The notes: generated by a model not told the origin, from the letters alone. A DNA stretch of 64,000 nucleotides from Gemmatimonadota bacterium (GCA_028873595.1 JAPPOV010000002.1:40378-104377), one strand, 5' to 3'; shown: positions 43,958-53,339, counted from the stretch's first letter. Program-made: numbers and translations.

Positions 43958-44730
43958 TCGAGTACTTCGACAGTCACTGCCATCTGACAGACACCGCCTT
44001 CCGGGATGACCGGGAGGCGGTGTTTCGTAGGGCCCGCGAGGCGGGTGTTACCCGACTCACGCTGATTGCCTCTTCATTGGATGATGCGTTGCGCGCTGCT
44101 GATCTCGCTGTCGATCGCGAGGGCGTGTTCAGCACCGTGGGTGTGCATCCCCATGCGGTCGGCGAGTCAAGGCCGGATGACCTCGAGCGGATACGCGGTC
44201 TGGCAACCTCGAAGGGAAGCGTCGTCGCGATCGGAGAGACCGGCCTCGACTACTTCTACGACAACGCGCCCCGGGCGCAGCAGCGGGCCTCGTTTGACGC
44301 ACAGCTTGCCCTTGGGTTCGATCTCGATCTTCCGGTGGTTGTCCATGCCAGGGAGGCCGATGGGGACATCGCAGCCGCGCTCCGAAACATGCCGCGGGGT
44401 ACGCGGGGTGTCCTTCACTGCTTCACCGGCGGCGATGAGGCATTCGCGGCAGCGATGGATGCCGGATGGTACGTGTCGGCATCCGGGATTGCCTCTTTCA
44501 AGTCGTTTCGTGCCTCCGACCTGCTGCGCGAGGTCCCTGATGACCGGATCCTCATCGAGACCGACTCGCCGTACCTTGCCCCGGTTCCGCTACGTGGGAA
44601 GCGGAACGAGCCTGCGAACGTGGTGCACGTTGCCGCGGCGGTGGCTGGTCTGCTGGACCGATCCATCGAAGAGGTCGCCCGGCTTACCACACAGAACGCC
44701 TGCCGGTTCTATGGGGTAGTTACTGCATGA
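43954..44730 (+). CDS. tatD: TatD-family metal-dependent hydrolase
   Basis: GTG 43954 overlaps the secF stop and gives (M)IEYFDSHCHLTD. AIGETGLDYFY, VVHAREA, GVLHCFTG and ETDSPYLAP follow. Confidence 0.85.
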   Translation: MIEYFDSHCHLTDTAFRDDREAVFRRAREAGVTRLTLIASSLDDALRAADLAVDREGVFSTVGVHPHAVGESRPDDLERIRGLATSKGSVVAIGETGLDYFYDNAPRAQQRASFDAQLALGFDLDLPVVVHAREADGDIAAALRNMPRGTRGVLHCFTGGDEAFAAAMDAGWYVSASGIASFKSFRASDLLREVPDDRILIETDSPYLAPVPLRGKRNEPANVVHVAAAVAGLLDRSIEEVARLTTQNACRFYGVVTA

Positions 44731-46541
44731 GCCGAAGAATCCAGATTCTACCGGACGCCGTCGCCAATCAGATTGCGGCGGGTGAAGCTGTCGAGCGTCC
44801 TGCCTCGGCGGTCAAGGAATTGGTGGAGAACGCACTCGACGCGTGTGCTACGCGTGTGGAGGTGGCCATCGAACGTGGGGGGAAGCGCCGAATCCGTGTC
44901 AGTGACGACGGAATGGGAATGGGCCGCGAAGACGCACTGTTGTGCCTGGACCGCCACGCCACGAGCAAGATTCAGTCGGCGGACGATCTCGCGGGTGTCC
45001 CGACGTTCGGCTTCAGAGGTGAAGCCATGCCGTCGATAGCCTCGGTATCACGGATGTCGATCGAGACCTTTGACGGAGATGGCGAAGCGGGCACCCGCGT
45101 CGAGGTACACGCGGGTGGAATCAGTAGCGTGTCCGACTTCCCGCGCAGGCGTGGGACCACGGTCGAGGTGCGGAACCTGTTCTATAACGCACCGGTGCGC
45201 GCCCGTTTCCTGAAGTCTGTCAGCGCGGAGACGCGAGCGGCAAACGAGGTCGTTACGGCTCTTGCTCTTGCGAATCCGGGAGTCGCGTTCCTGCTGACCT
45301 CAGACGACCGTGTGCTCCTCGACCTGCCCGCTGCCGAAGCTGCCTCAGGCCGGATCGCTCAGGTCTGGGGGCTCGAGCATGCGGGTACTCTGATTCCTAC
45401 CTCCGGAGGGGAAGATGGCCTTCACCTGGTCGGTCTGATCCAGCGACCTGACCAGGCACGGCCAGGCGTCCGTCGGAGCCATCTCTTTGTCAACGGACGG
45501 CCGTTCCGGTCTCCTGCACTCGTGCGGGCCGTCGAGCGCGGGTACCGCACCACGATTCCGCAGGGCGTGCGCCCCTGGCTCTTCCTCTACCTGCAGGTTC
45601 CGGGCAATCAGGTCGACGTGAACGTGCACCCGGCCAAGTCTGAAGTGCGCTTCCGGGACCAGAACCGCGTGGAAGGTCTCATCGAGCAGGCGGTCCGGAC
45701 TTCGCTGGATGATGAGGCGAGCTCCGCAACCTTCGATCGTCCGCTTGGTGCGCCACCGATGGCGGTGCGCGAGGTGGGTGCGGGGCAGGGCGGCGCGGCC
45801 CCGCCGAGCGCCGTTGACCCACAAATGGCCCTGTTCGTTCCGGCATCCGACGACCCTGAAGGTTCTGAGACTGACGATTCGTTGGCGGGGTCTCACGCCG
45901 TGAGTCATGACGGGACAGCGGTGCTGCGAACGGCCAGAGCTCAGCCTCTCCCCGAGCCGGGTGCTCGGAAGCCGAGGCTCTGGCAGGTACTGGACACGTA
46001 TGTATTTGCGGAAACTCGCGACGGTGTGCTGATTGTGGACCAGCATGCAGCCCACGAGCGGATTCTGTTCCAACGCCTGATGGACGGCTTCGAGGCAGGT
46101 GGGCAGGAGAGCCAGCGCCTGCTCTTTCCGCTCACGCTCAAGCTCACGGCGCCCGAAGTAGCGATGATCGAGGATCTCGGTGGCCTTCTGTCCCGGGCGG
46201 GGTTCGAGGTCGAGGGCTTTGGTGGCGATACCGTGATCGTGCACGCCGTCCCCAACCCGCACCGATACTTCGATGCCGAACGCGCGTTCCGAGAGATGAT
46301 CCATGAACTGACGCATGGTTCGGATCTCGTGCGGTCCGCACGAAATCAACATGAGCGCATTGCGAGCACGTTCGCCTGCAAATCGGCGATTAAGGCCGGG
46401 CAGAAGCTCTCCGAAGCGGAGATGCAGGAGCTCTTCGATCAGCTGTTCGCCACCGAGCTACCGCACCACGACGTGCACGGGCGCCCCACGATCGTTCGGC
46501 TCTCCGGGGCGGAGCTGGAGCGGAAGTTCGGCCGGACGTGA
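44727..46541 (+). CDS. mutL: DNA mismatch repair protein MutL
   Basis: IQILPDAVANQIAAGEAVERPASAVKELVENALDA is a GHKL ATPase signature. VNVHPAKSEVRF, the C-terminal dimerization domain and a conserved CKSAIKAG-type segment (ACKSAIKAG) are also present. Confidence 0.95.
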   Translation: MSRRIQILPDAVANQIAAGEAVERPASAVKELVENALDACATRVEVAIERGGKRRIRVSDDGMGMGREDALLCLDRHATSKIQSADDLAGVPTFGFRGEAMPSIASVSRMSIETFDGDGEAGTRVEVHAGGISSVSDFPRRRGTTVEVRNLFYNAPVRARFLKSVSAETRAANEVVTALALANPGVAFLLTSDDRVLLDLPAAEAASGRIAQVWGLEHAGTLIPTSGGEDGLHLVGLIQRPDQARPGVRRSHLFVNGRPFRSPALVRAVERGYRTTIPQGVRPWLFLYLQVPGNQVDVNVHPAKSEVRFRDQNRVEGLIEQAVRTSLDDEASSATFDRPLGAPPMAVREVGAGQGGAAPPSAVDPQMALFVPASDDPEGSETDDSLAGSHAVSHDGTAVLRTARAQPLPEPGARKPRLWQVLDTYVFAETRDGVLIVDQHAAHERILFQRLMDGFEAGGQESQRLLFPLTLKLTAPEVAMIEDLGGLLSRAGFEVEGFGGDTVIVHAVPNPHRYFDAERAFREMIHELTHGSDLVRSARNQHERIASTFACKSAIKAGQKLSEAEMQELFDQLFATELPHHDVHGRPTIVRLSGAELERKFGRT

Positions 46542-47509
46542 GCGTGTCGAGGCCATCACGGTATGAAGGCCCGGTTCTGGTGCTTACCGGCCCGACCAGT
46601 ACTGGGAAGACGGCCCTGTCGATCGAGCTGTCGCATCGCCGGCCCATCGAGATCATCTCGATGGACTCGCGGCAGGTGTATGTGGGGATGGATATCGGCA
46701 CGGACAAGGCCAGCCCCCAGGAACGTGTCGCGATCCCTCATCACGGGCTGGATCTGGTTGCCCCTGACGAACGCTACTCCGCGGGCCAGTTCAGTCGGGA
46801 CGCGCGGCGCTGGATCGAGGGGATCCGATCTCGCGGGGCGCTCCCGGTGATTGCGGGCGGGACCGGGTTTTTTCTCAAGAGCCTTCTCAACCCCATCTTC
46901 ACCGAGCCCGAGCTGGAGACGGAACGTCGAGACCGACTACGGAACTGGACCGGGGTGCAGGAGCGGGAAACGCTTGAACGGTATGTGCGCGCTCTCGATC
47001 GTGATCGGGCGGATATTGCCATCGAGGGTGGCCCACAGCGCATGGCTCGCACAATCGAGGTCGCACTGCTCACCGGAGTTCCCCTCTCCCGGTGGCACCG
47101 CGTCTCTCCTCCTGAGGCCCCAGGGGTTCCGGCGGTTGTCGTCCTGCTCGATCTTCCTCGCGAGGAACTCCATCGACGCATTTCGATCCGGGTCGACCGA
47201 ATGATCGCGCGCGGACTGGAAGACGAAGTGCGCAGACTCCTCGATATGGGATACGGCGATGCGGCCCCGGGAATGACCGGGACGGGCTACCGAGAAATGG
47301 CCCGCTTTGTGCGCGGTGAGGCTACTCTGCAGGAAGCGAAGGATGCAATCAGCAGTAACACCAGGAAGTACGCTCGCCGGCAGCGGACGTGGTTTCGGCA
47401 CCAGTTACCAGACCATGCGGTGACGGTCGACGCGACCCAGTCAGTCCACCGGCAGGCTGAACTCGCGCTCACCGCATTGGACACCCAGGCGATCGAGAAA
47501 TCCGAATGA
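46538..47509 (+). CDS. miaA: tRNA dimethylallyltransferase
   Basis: The P-loop is LTGPTSTGKTALSIEL. IISMDSRQVYVGMDIGTDK and RQRTWFR are present. It has 4-nt overlaps on both sides. Confidence 0.9.
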   Translation: MSVSRPSRYEGPVLVLTGPTSTGKTALSIELSHRRPIEIISMDSRQVYVGMDIGTDKASPQERVAIPHHGLDLVAPDERYSAGQFSRDARRWIEGIRSRGALPVIAGGTGFFLKSLLNPIFTEPELETERRDRLRNWTGVQERETLERYVRALDRDRADIAIEGGPQRMARTIEVALLTGVPLSRWHRVSPPEAPGVPAVVVLLDLPREELHRRISIRVDRMIARGLEDEVRRLLDMGYGDAAPGMTGTGYREMARFVRGEATLQEAKDAISSNTRKYARRQRTWFRHQLPDHAVTVDATQSVHRQAELALTALDTQAIEKSE

Positions 47510-48633
47510 AGATCGGCATCACCTGTTACCCGACATACGGTGGTTCGGGGGCCGTAGCCACGGAGTTGGGGCTGGCACTCGCTGAGCGAGGGCACGAGGT
47601 CCACTTCGTCTCGTACGATCAACCGTTCCGGCTGAGTAGCTTCCACGAGCGGGTGTTCTTCCACGAGGTCGAGATGGAGGACTATCCGCTCTTCGAGCAC
47701 CCCCCCTATGCGCTGGCGCTCGCCGTTTCTCTGCACGATACGGCCCTTAAGCACGATCTAGACCTCGTCCACATGCATTATGCGATCCCGCACGCAGCTT
47801 CAGCCTACCTCGCGAGACAGATGCTGGGCGAGGAGCGGAGTCTCCGGATCGTCACCACACTGCACGGGACCGATATCACACTCGTCGGGCTGCATCCGTC
47901 GTTCCATGCGATCACGCGTTTCACCATCCTGCAGTCCGATGGTCTTACCGCAGTGTCGGAATACCTCAAGGCCCAAACGGTCCGGGACTTTTCCGTCTCG
48001 CCACAGCGTATCGAGGTGATTCCGAACTTTGTTGACACCCAGGTGTGGCGTCCCGGAAGGGAGCCGTGTCACCGACTGTCGCTGGCACCGGGCGGAGAGA
48101 AGATCGTGATGCACATTTCGAATTTTCGCTCGGTCAAGCGCGTCGAGGACGTCGTGGCCGCCTTCGCCGGCATTCGGGAGCGGGTGCCGGCGCGGCTGGT
48201 GATGGTCGGTGATGGCCCCGATCGCCCCCGAGCACGCCTGCGAGCCGAAGAACTGGGGATCATCGACGACGTGATGTTTCTCGGGAAGCACCAGTCTGTG
48301 GACGAGTTACTGTCCTGTGCTGACCTCTTCGTTCTCCCCTCTGAAAACGAATCCTTTGGCCTCGCTGCCCTCGAAGCGATGGCCTGCGGCACGCCGGTGG
48401 TGGCCACCCGGGCCGGGGGACTACTCGAGGTCGTGGAGGATGGCGTGACGGGCCGACTTCTCGATGTCGGTGATGTGGCCGGTATGGCGGCGGCCGGGTC
48501 CGAACTGCTTCTCGATGAGGAGCTCCATGCGCGAGTCTCGACGGCGGCCAGGGCTACGGCTGAAGCTCGCTATTCGGCACAGGCTGTCGTTCCGATGTAC
48601 GAGGCGTACTACCAGCGAGTCCTGGCCGCATGA
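47506..48633 (+). CDS. bshA: N-acetyl-alpha-D-glucosaminyl L-malate synthase (GT4), bacillithiol biosynthesis
   Basis: The N-terminus MKIGITCYPTYGGSGAVATELGLALAERGHEVHFVSYDQPFRL closely parallels my recollection of Bacillus BshA (KIGITCYPSVGGSG...GHE.HF). The GT4 E-x7-E region ESFGLAALEAMACGTPVV is present. Confidence 0.75.
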   Translation: MKIGITCYPTYGGSGAVATELGLALAERGHEVHFVSYDQPFRLSSFHERVFFHEVEMEDYPLFEHPPYALALAVSLHDTALKHDLDLVHMHYAIPHAASAYLARQMLGEERSLRIVTTLHGTDITLVGLHPSFHAITRFTILQSDGLTAVSEYLKAQTVRDFSVSPQRIEVIPNFVDTQVWRPGREPCHRLSLAPGGEKIVMHISNFRSVKRVEDVVAAFAGIRERVPARLVMVGDGPDRPRARLRAEELGIIDDVMFLGKHQSVDELLSCADLFVLPSENESFGLAALEAMACGTPVVATRAGGLLEVVEDGVTGRLLDVGDVAGMAAAGSELLLDEELHARVSTAARATAEARYSAQAVVPMYEAYYQRVLAA

Positions 48634-49418
48634 GCCTCTGGGAATCCCTGATCCTCGGGATCATTCAGGGCGCCACCGAATTTCTCCCGGTCTCGAGTTC
48701 CGGACACCTCGTGATCGCTCAGAACCTGCTGGCGGTGAGCATCGAGGGGGTCGCGTTCGAGGTCGCCGTCCACCTTGCGACGCTCGTGTCCATTCTCCTG
48801 GTCTACCGTTCTCGTGTCACTGAACTCGTAGGTGGAATGTTGACGGGGGAGCGAGCGGCGTTCGAGTACGCCGGCCTGGTCATCGTCGCCACCATTCCTG
48901 CTGGTATTCTGGGTGTTTTCGCCAAGGATCGGGTCGAGGCGCTTTTTGATAATCCGATCGTGCCCGGCGTTGCCCTCATCGTGACAGGGGCGATTCTCTG
49001 GAGTAGCCGCTCGCCGATCGAGCGGGCGAAGAGCGAGCGGCCGACATGGCAGATGGCCCTCGTGATCGGTCTGGCTCAGGCGTTCGCGCTCATCCCCGGC
49101 ATTTCGCGGTCGGGGTCGACCGTGGTCGCGGCCGTGTGGCTTGGTCTCGAGGCTCGCGAGGCAGCGGCGTTTTCGTTCATGATGGCCGTGCCCGCCATCG
49201 CGGGGGCGGCGGTGCTCCAGGTCCCCGATGTGGGGGCCGGAGGCCCGGAGGGGCTCTCCGTATCCATTCTTCTCCTCGGCGGCATCGCCTCGGGAGTGAC
49301 CGGTGTGCTTGCCATCCGGACATTCGTCGCAATGCTGGCGCGCCGATCGTTCCACTTCTTCGCGCCCTACTGCTGGGTCATCGGGGCGTTGTACCTGGCA
49401 TTCGTCACCCTCAGATGA
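48630..49418 (+). CDS. uppP: Undecaprenyl-diphosphate phosphatase
   Basis: GIIQGATEFLPVSSSGHL and PGISRSGSTV are BacA/UppP signatures. The product has 8 TM segments. Confidence 0.9.
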   Translation: MSLWESLILGIIQGATEFLPVSSSGHLVIAQNLLAVSIEGVAFEVAVHLATLVSILLVYRSRVTELVGGMLTGERAAFEYAGLVIVATIPAGILGVFAKDRVEALFDNPIVPGVALIVTGAILWSSRSPIERAKSERPTWQMALVIGLAQAFALIPGISRSGSTVVAAVWLGLEAREAAAFSFMMAVPAIAGAAVLQVPDVGAGGPEGLSVSILLLGGIASGVTGVLAIRTFVAMLARRSFHFFAPYCWVIGALYLAFVTLR

Positions 49419-50182
49419 CCGATCACGAACAGCACCGGCTCGACACGACGCGTGCGGCTGAGTTCGGCCTGCCTGGGTTCGAAGTGTGGGAGGAGATCGG
49501 GTCGACCAACGACCGAGCTCGGGTTCTGGCCCGGGAAGACAGGGATCGGGGGTGGCTTGTGGTCGGCATGAAGCAGACGGCCGGGCGGGGGAGGCGGGGG
49601 ACGAGATGGGTATCCGCTCCGGGTGACGGAGTTTGGATGTCCATGGTACTCGCCCATCCCGACGCCATGGCCCAGCTCCCCCTTCTGATCGGGGTGGCGT
49701 GCGCGGAGGCGCTCGAGGAGGTCGTCAACGTGCCTGTGACGGTGAAGTGGCCGAACGATCTGATCATCGACGATCGAAAGCTCGGCGGCATTCTCGTCGA
49801 GCGAGGGACGGACTGGGTCGTAGCCGGGATCGGAATCAACGTCAGCGCTGCGCCAGATCCAGGGGAATGCCTGGATGGACCATCGGACCTTTCCCCAACA
49901 GCGCTTGCCGAGCACGCGAGGCACGTTCCTTCGGTCCTCGGCCTCGCAGGTACCCTGGCTCGCCGCATACTCGATCGCCTGGATGAGAGCGAGGGCGTCG
50001 ATCGGGCGCTTCTCGCGTTCCGCTCCCGCGATGCGCTGAGAGGTCGATGGGTCCAGACTGATGAGCGAGGACCGGGGATTGCGCGTGGCGTCGACGAAGA
50101 TGGCATGTTGTTGCTTGAACTGGACGACGGTTCGGTGGTGCCGGTGCGCTCAGGGAGCGTCCGCGTCCTGCCGCAGCCCTGA
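49415..50182 (+). CDS. birA: Biotin--[acetyl-CoA-carboxylase] ligase, group I (no N-terminal HTH)
   Basis: The internal ATG at 49415 overlaps the uppP stop. IGSTNDRA, QTAGRGRRGTRW and VKWPNDL are present. The product is 255 aa. Confidence 0.85.
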   Translation: MTDHEQHRLDTTRAAEFGLPGFEVWEEIGSTNDRARVLAREDRDRGWLVVGMKQTAGRGRRGTRWVSAPGDGVWMSMVLAHPDAMAQLPLLIGVACAEALEEVVNVPVTVKWPNDLIIDDRKLGGILVERGTDWVVAGIGINVSAAPDPGECLDGPSDLSPTALAEHARHVPSVLGLAGTLARRILDRLDESEGVDRALLAFRSRDALRGRWVQTDERGPGIARGVDEDGMLLLELDDGSVVPVRSGSVRVLPQP

Positions 50183-50196
50183 CTGGAGGAGTCGCG

Positions 50197-50970
50197 GTGC
50201 AGCTTGTGGTCGACGTAGGAAACACAGAGACGGTCGTAGGGATCGCCTCTTCGCCGACCGAGATCGTCTCGGACTGGCGGGTGAGCTCGAGCGTGCCGCG
50301 CACTGGGGACGAGATGACCGCTCTCATCCGGGCGTTCCTGGCTGGCGACGGGGTGGACGAGGCCGGGATCGTTCGGGGTGTGGTCGGATCGGTTGTTCCG
50401 TCCGTTAACTACGTCTGGAAGAAGACGCTGGAGACCATCACGGGCGTCCCGGTCGTTTCGGTGGGACCGCACTCGCGGCTGCCGATCCGACTCGACGTGG
50501 AGGATCCCCTTTCTGTCGGGGCTGACCGCGTCGTCAACACAATGGCCGCCAAGACCATGTACGGTCGTGACACGATTGCGGTGGACCTGGGCACCGCTAC
50601 GACGTTCGATTGCATCACGGCCGACGGCACCTTCATGGGTGGTGTGATCTCTCCCGGTCTGCGGGCGGGCCTCGATTGGCTTTCTGCTCGCACCGCCAAG
50701 CTGCCGCGGGTCGAGCTGCGTCCACCTGAACTCGTCATTGGCCGGCGGACCGAGACCTGCATCGAGAGTGGTGTCTTCTATCAGGCGATCGAGGCGGTCG
50801 ATGGGATCGTTCGACGGATCAAGGACGAGTGGGGCCGTCCCGACGCTATGGTGGTCGCCACCGGCGGGTTTGCGAGCACCATGGGCCCCCATCTTCGTAC
50901 GGTGGACCGGGTCGAGCCGTATCTGACGCTCTATGGTCTCGCGATGGCGGGTGAGTATCTGGCCGGCTGA
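50197..50970 (+). CDS. coaX: Type III pantothenate kinase
   Basis: (M)QLVVDVGNTETVVG, VGADRVVN, DLGTATTFD and ATGGFA are present. The start is GTG. Confidence 0.9.
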   Translation: MQLVVDVGNTETVVGIASSPTEIVSDWRVSSSVPRTGDEMTALIRAFLAGDGVDEAGIVRGVVGSVVPSVNYVWKKTLETITGVPVVSVGPHSRLPIRLDVEDPLSVGADRVVNTMAAKTMYGRDTIAVDLGTATTFDCITADGTFMGGVISPGLRAGLDWLSARTAKLPRVELRPPELVIGRRTETCIESGVFYQAIEAVDGIVRRIKDEWGRPDAMVVATGGFASTMGPHLRTVDRVEPYLTLYGLAMAGEYLAG

Positions 50971-51074
50971 TTGCACCCAGACCGAATCCGTGACCTCCCA
51001 CGAAGGGCCGCCGGCACGCTAGATTCCCAACCGTTGACGCTGCGGGTCGCCGCCCGCGTCCCTTACACAAGCTC

Positions 51075-52151
51075 ATGACGCTTTCTCCCGTCTTCCGCTC
51101 GCAGACGTCCGTCCAGCTCCTGGCCGAGCACGGTGTCTGGTCCCGACTTGCACCGGACATGGAGGCCCAGGCCAAGGCGGTTCGGAAGGTCCATGAGGAC
51201 CTGGAACAGCTGATCGATGCGCGGTTCCGGACCGAAGCGCACTATGTGCCGTCTGCGGATGAAGTGGCCACTCCTCAGGGGCTGCATTTTCTGCAGGAGT
51301 ATTTCTTCCTGATTCTTTTCCGCTCGATCTTCCGATCACTGGGTGTCGGGCAGGCGCGGCTTCAGGCCTACACTGAACTCAATTTCTGCATCAAGGGAAC
51401 GATCACTGCGGCAGACAATCTCTTCGACGATCAGGCGAAGACACTCCTTCCGCTGGCGCCGAGTTCGGGCGCCCGCTTCATGTCGATTCTGCAACTCATG
51501 TCGTTCGAACGGCTCCTGCGTGGTGTGCTGGATCGCGCCGCTCAGCGCGGAGCGCTCGGTCTTGAAGACGTGGCCACAATTCAGCGGGCCTTGATGGATC
51601 GCATGGCGGAGATCGGTGTGCTGGAAGGTTCGGAGGAGGGAGGCGTTGCCGAGATTCCTACTCCGGATGCCATGGTCGACTCCGTGCACCGCGTACGTGG
51701 CGGCGCGCTGTTCGCACTGGCGTTTGCCGCTCCTTCAGTCCTCGAAGAGGGTGAGCTGGCCGAGCGCATGGTGGATGCGGAAGAAGCGATCGCACGCTTG
51801 GGTACGGCATTCCAGATCGTAGACGACCTGACCGACTTTGAGTTCGACGTGGGGCGTCGCTCACACAATCTCCTCGTGTCTGAGATCTACCACAGCGGCA
51901 CTGAGGAAGAGAAGAAGGCGCTCACACGGATGTGGGATGGTGGCTCGATTCCGGAAGGAGCTGTAGAAGGTCTGTTTTCGGATGCTGGGCGGGCCGTCCT
52001 CGAGCGGGCGTACGTGGAGGCTCGCGCGTCGTTCGCGACGCTCCACCAGTTGGGGCATTGGTTCGATCCCGCGCTCGCGGACGAGGTGGTTCATGCGATC
52101 GTAGGCCTGGAAGGGGTGGCGCGCATGGAGGCGCTTACGTCGGAGGTCTGA
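51075..52151 (+). CDS. Class I isoprenoid-synthase-fold protein (polyprenyl synthetase-like, divergent)
   Basis: A canonical second Asp-rich motif sits in GTAFQIVDDLTDFEFD (DDLTD at 51822-51836). The region 136 residues upstream, where the first motif is expected, reads AADNLFDD (51414-51431) and is degenerate. The product is otherwise all-helical. Confidence 0.5.
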   Translation: MTLSPVFRSQTSVQLLAEHGVWSRLAPDMEAQAKAVRKVHEDLEQLIDARFRTEAHYVPSADEVATPQGLHFLQEYFFLILFRSIFRSLGVGQARLQAYTELNFCIKGTITAADNLFDDQAKTLLPLAPSSGARFMSILQLMSFERLLRGVLDRAAQRGALGLEDVATIQRALMDRMAEIGVLEGSEEGGVAEIPTPDAMVDSVHRVRGGALFALAFAAPSVLEEGELAERMVDAEEAIARLGTAFQIVDDLTDFEFDVGRRSHNLLVSEIYHSGTEEEKKALTRMWDGGSIPEGAVEGLFSDAGRAVLERAYVEARASFATLHQLGHWFDPALADEVVHAIVGLEGVARMEALTSEV

Positions 52152-52153
52152 CT

Positions 52154-53185
52154 GTGCCGTCGTTGGACCCCATCGTCATCTGGGGCGCCGGTGCCATGGG
52201 CGGCTCGATCGGTTCGTGGTTGTTCAGAGCCGGGCACGACGTGGTCTTTGTCGACTCGGATCAGGCACACGTGCAGGCGATCCGGAATCGGGGTCTTCGG
52301 ATCACGGGACCGATCGGCGAGTTCACGGTGTCTGCGCCATGTATGCTGCCCCACGAGATGCCTTCGGATCTGGGAACCGTCCTGCTCTGCGTGAAGGCGC
52401 ATCACACCGAGGCAGCCCTTGATGTACTCGCACCGCTTCTGCACTCCGACGGATTCATCGTCTCCGTCCAGAACGGACTGAACGAACGGCTGATAGCCGA
52501 ACGCGTCGGCGTGGCTCGGACCGTGGGTTGTTTCGTGAATTTCGGGGCCGACGTGACGGAGCCGGGGGTTGTGATGCGCGGTAACCACGGTGCTTGTGTC
52601 GTGGGAGAGTTGGACGGTACGGTCGGCGTACGGATCAGGGCTGTGCACGCTGCGATGCGCAGCTTCGAGCCGGGTACGCTTCTGACCAGGAACATCTGGG
52701 GCTATCTGTGGGGGAAGCTGGCCTACGGGTCGATGCTCTTTGCCACCGCGTTGGCGGATGCCTCCATTGCCGACGTCCTGGCCGAGGAGGAGTATCGGCC
52801 AGCGCTTATCGGGCTCGCGCGCGAAGCGATGGCGGTGGCGGCTGGGCACGGCGTTCGACCCGAGCCCTTCGATGGTTTCGACCCCCGTGCCTTCACGGCT
52901 GAGGCGACGAATCGAGATGCCCGGGCGAGCCTCGATCAGCTGGTCGCGTTCAACCGACGCTCCGCCAAGAGTCATAGCGGTGTGTGGCGTGATCTAGCGA
53001 TCCGCAGGCGTAAGACGGAAGTCGATGCCCAGATCGCAACGATCGCAACTCTTGGGGAGGCGGTTGGGATTGACGTACCCCTCACCACGAGGCTGGTGAG
53101 GCTGATCCACGACGTGGAGACCGGACGTCGGAAACAGGGGTGGGAGACCCTTGGAGCCCTGTCAGTGGACTCAGGTTGCGCCTGA
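52154..53185 (+). CDS. 2-dehydropantoate 2-reductase family (PanE/ApbA-like)
   Basis: GTG 52154 gives (M)PSLDPIVIWGAGAMGGSIGSWLFRAGHDVVFV, a Rossmann motif. LLCVKAHHT, VSVQNGL and the C-terminal ApbA_C-like SHSGVWRDL follow. The upstream track extension overlaps the previous gene. Confidence 0.8.
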   Translation: MPSLDPIVIWGAGAMGGSIGSWLFRAGHDVVFVDSDQAHVQAIRNRGLRITGPIGEFTVSAPCMLPHEMPSDLGTVLLCVKAHHTEAALDVLAPLLHSDGFIVSVQNGLNERLIAERVGVARTVGCFVNFGADVTEPGVVMRGNHGACVVGELDGTVGVRIRAVHAAMRSFEPGTLLTRNIWGYLWGKLAYGSMLFATALADASIADVLAEEEYRPALIGLAREAMAVAAGHGVRPEPFDGFDPRAFTAEATNRDARASLDQLVAFNRRSAKSHSGVWRDLAIRRRKTEVDAQIATIATLGEAVGIDVPLTTRLVRLIHDVETGRRKQGWETLGALSVDSGCA

Positions 53186-53275
53186 CCCGGACCTTCCGAA
53201 CGCAGTGGGAGATGTTGGCCAGTAGCGGTACGACGAGCGAGTGGGGTCACGCCGAATGTGGTGGATCTCCCGCAG

Positions 53276-53304
53276 TTGACAGTCGAGTCGAGGATTCGAG
53301 ATTT
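53276..53304 (+). promoter_or_regulatory. Possible groESL promoter (-35 TTGACA; weak -10)
   Basis: TTGACA lies at 53276-53281. After 17 nt comes AGATTT, a poor -10. CIRCE starts 9 nt further downstream. This is positional plausibility only. Confidence 0.25.
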
Positions 53305-53312
53305 CAAGGCTG

Positions 53313-53339
53313 TTAGCACTCGGAGTGTCTGAGTGCTAA
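53313..53339 (+). promoter_or_regulatory. CIRCE operator (HrcA binding site)
   Basis: TTAGCACTC-ggagtgtct-GAGTGCTAA is a perfect match to the TTAGCACTC-N9-GAGTGCTAA consensus. It lies 54 nt upstream of groES. Confidence 0.9.

Noticed and set aside
49423-50976. Very long antisense or alternative-frame ORFs in the track. Examples: 49423..50976 - (517 aa), 39737..41074 - (445 aa), 61568..62650 -, 62667..63683 -, 59345..60463 -, 24036..24749 -, 9292..10119 -, 9579..10757 +, 32507..33673 +, 2907..3560 -.
   Set aside because: All lie opposite or out of frame to genes with unmistakable family motifs (birA/coaX, GGDEF, BNR protein, serine hydrolase, RND, trkH, MATE, pyrC). Their translations are Arg/Pro/Gly/Ser/His-rich with no motifs. 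Stop codons are rare in off-frames of GC-rich DNA, so these are expected artefacts.
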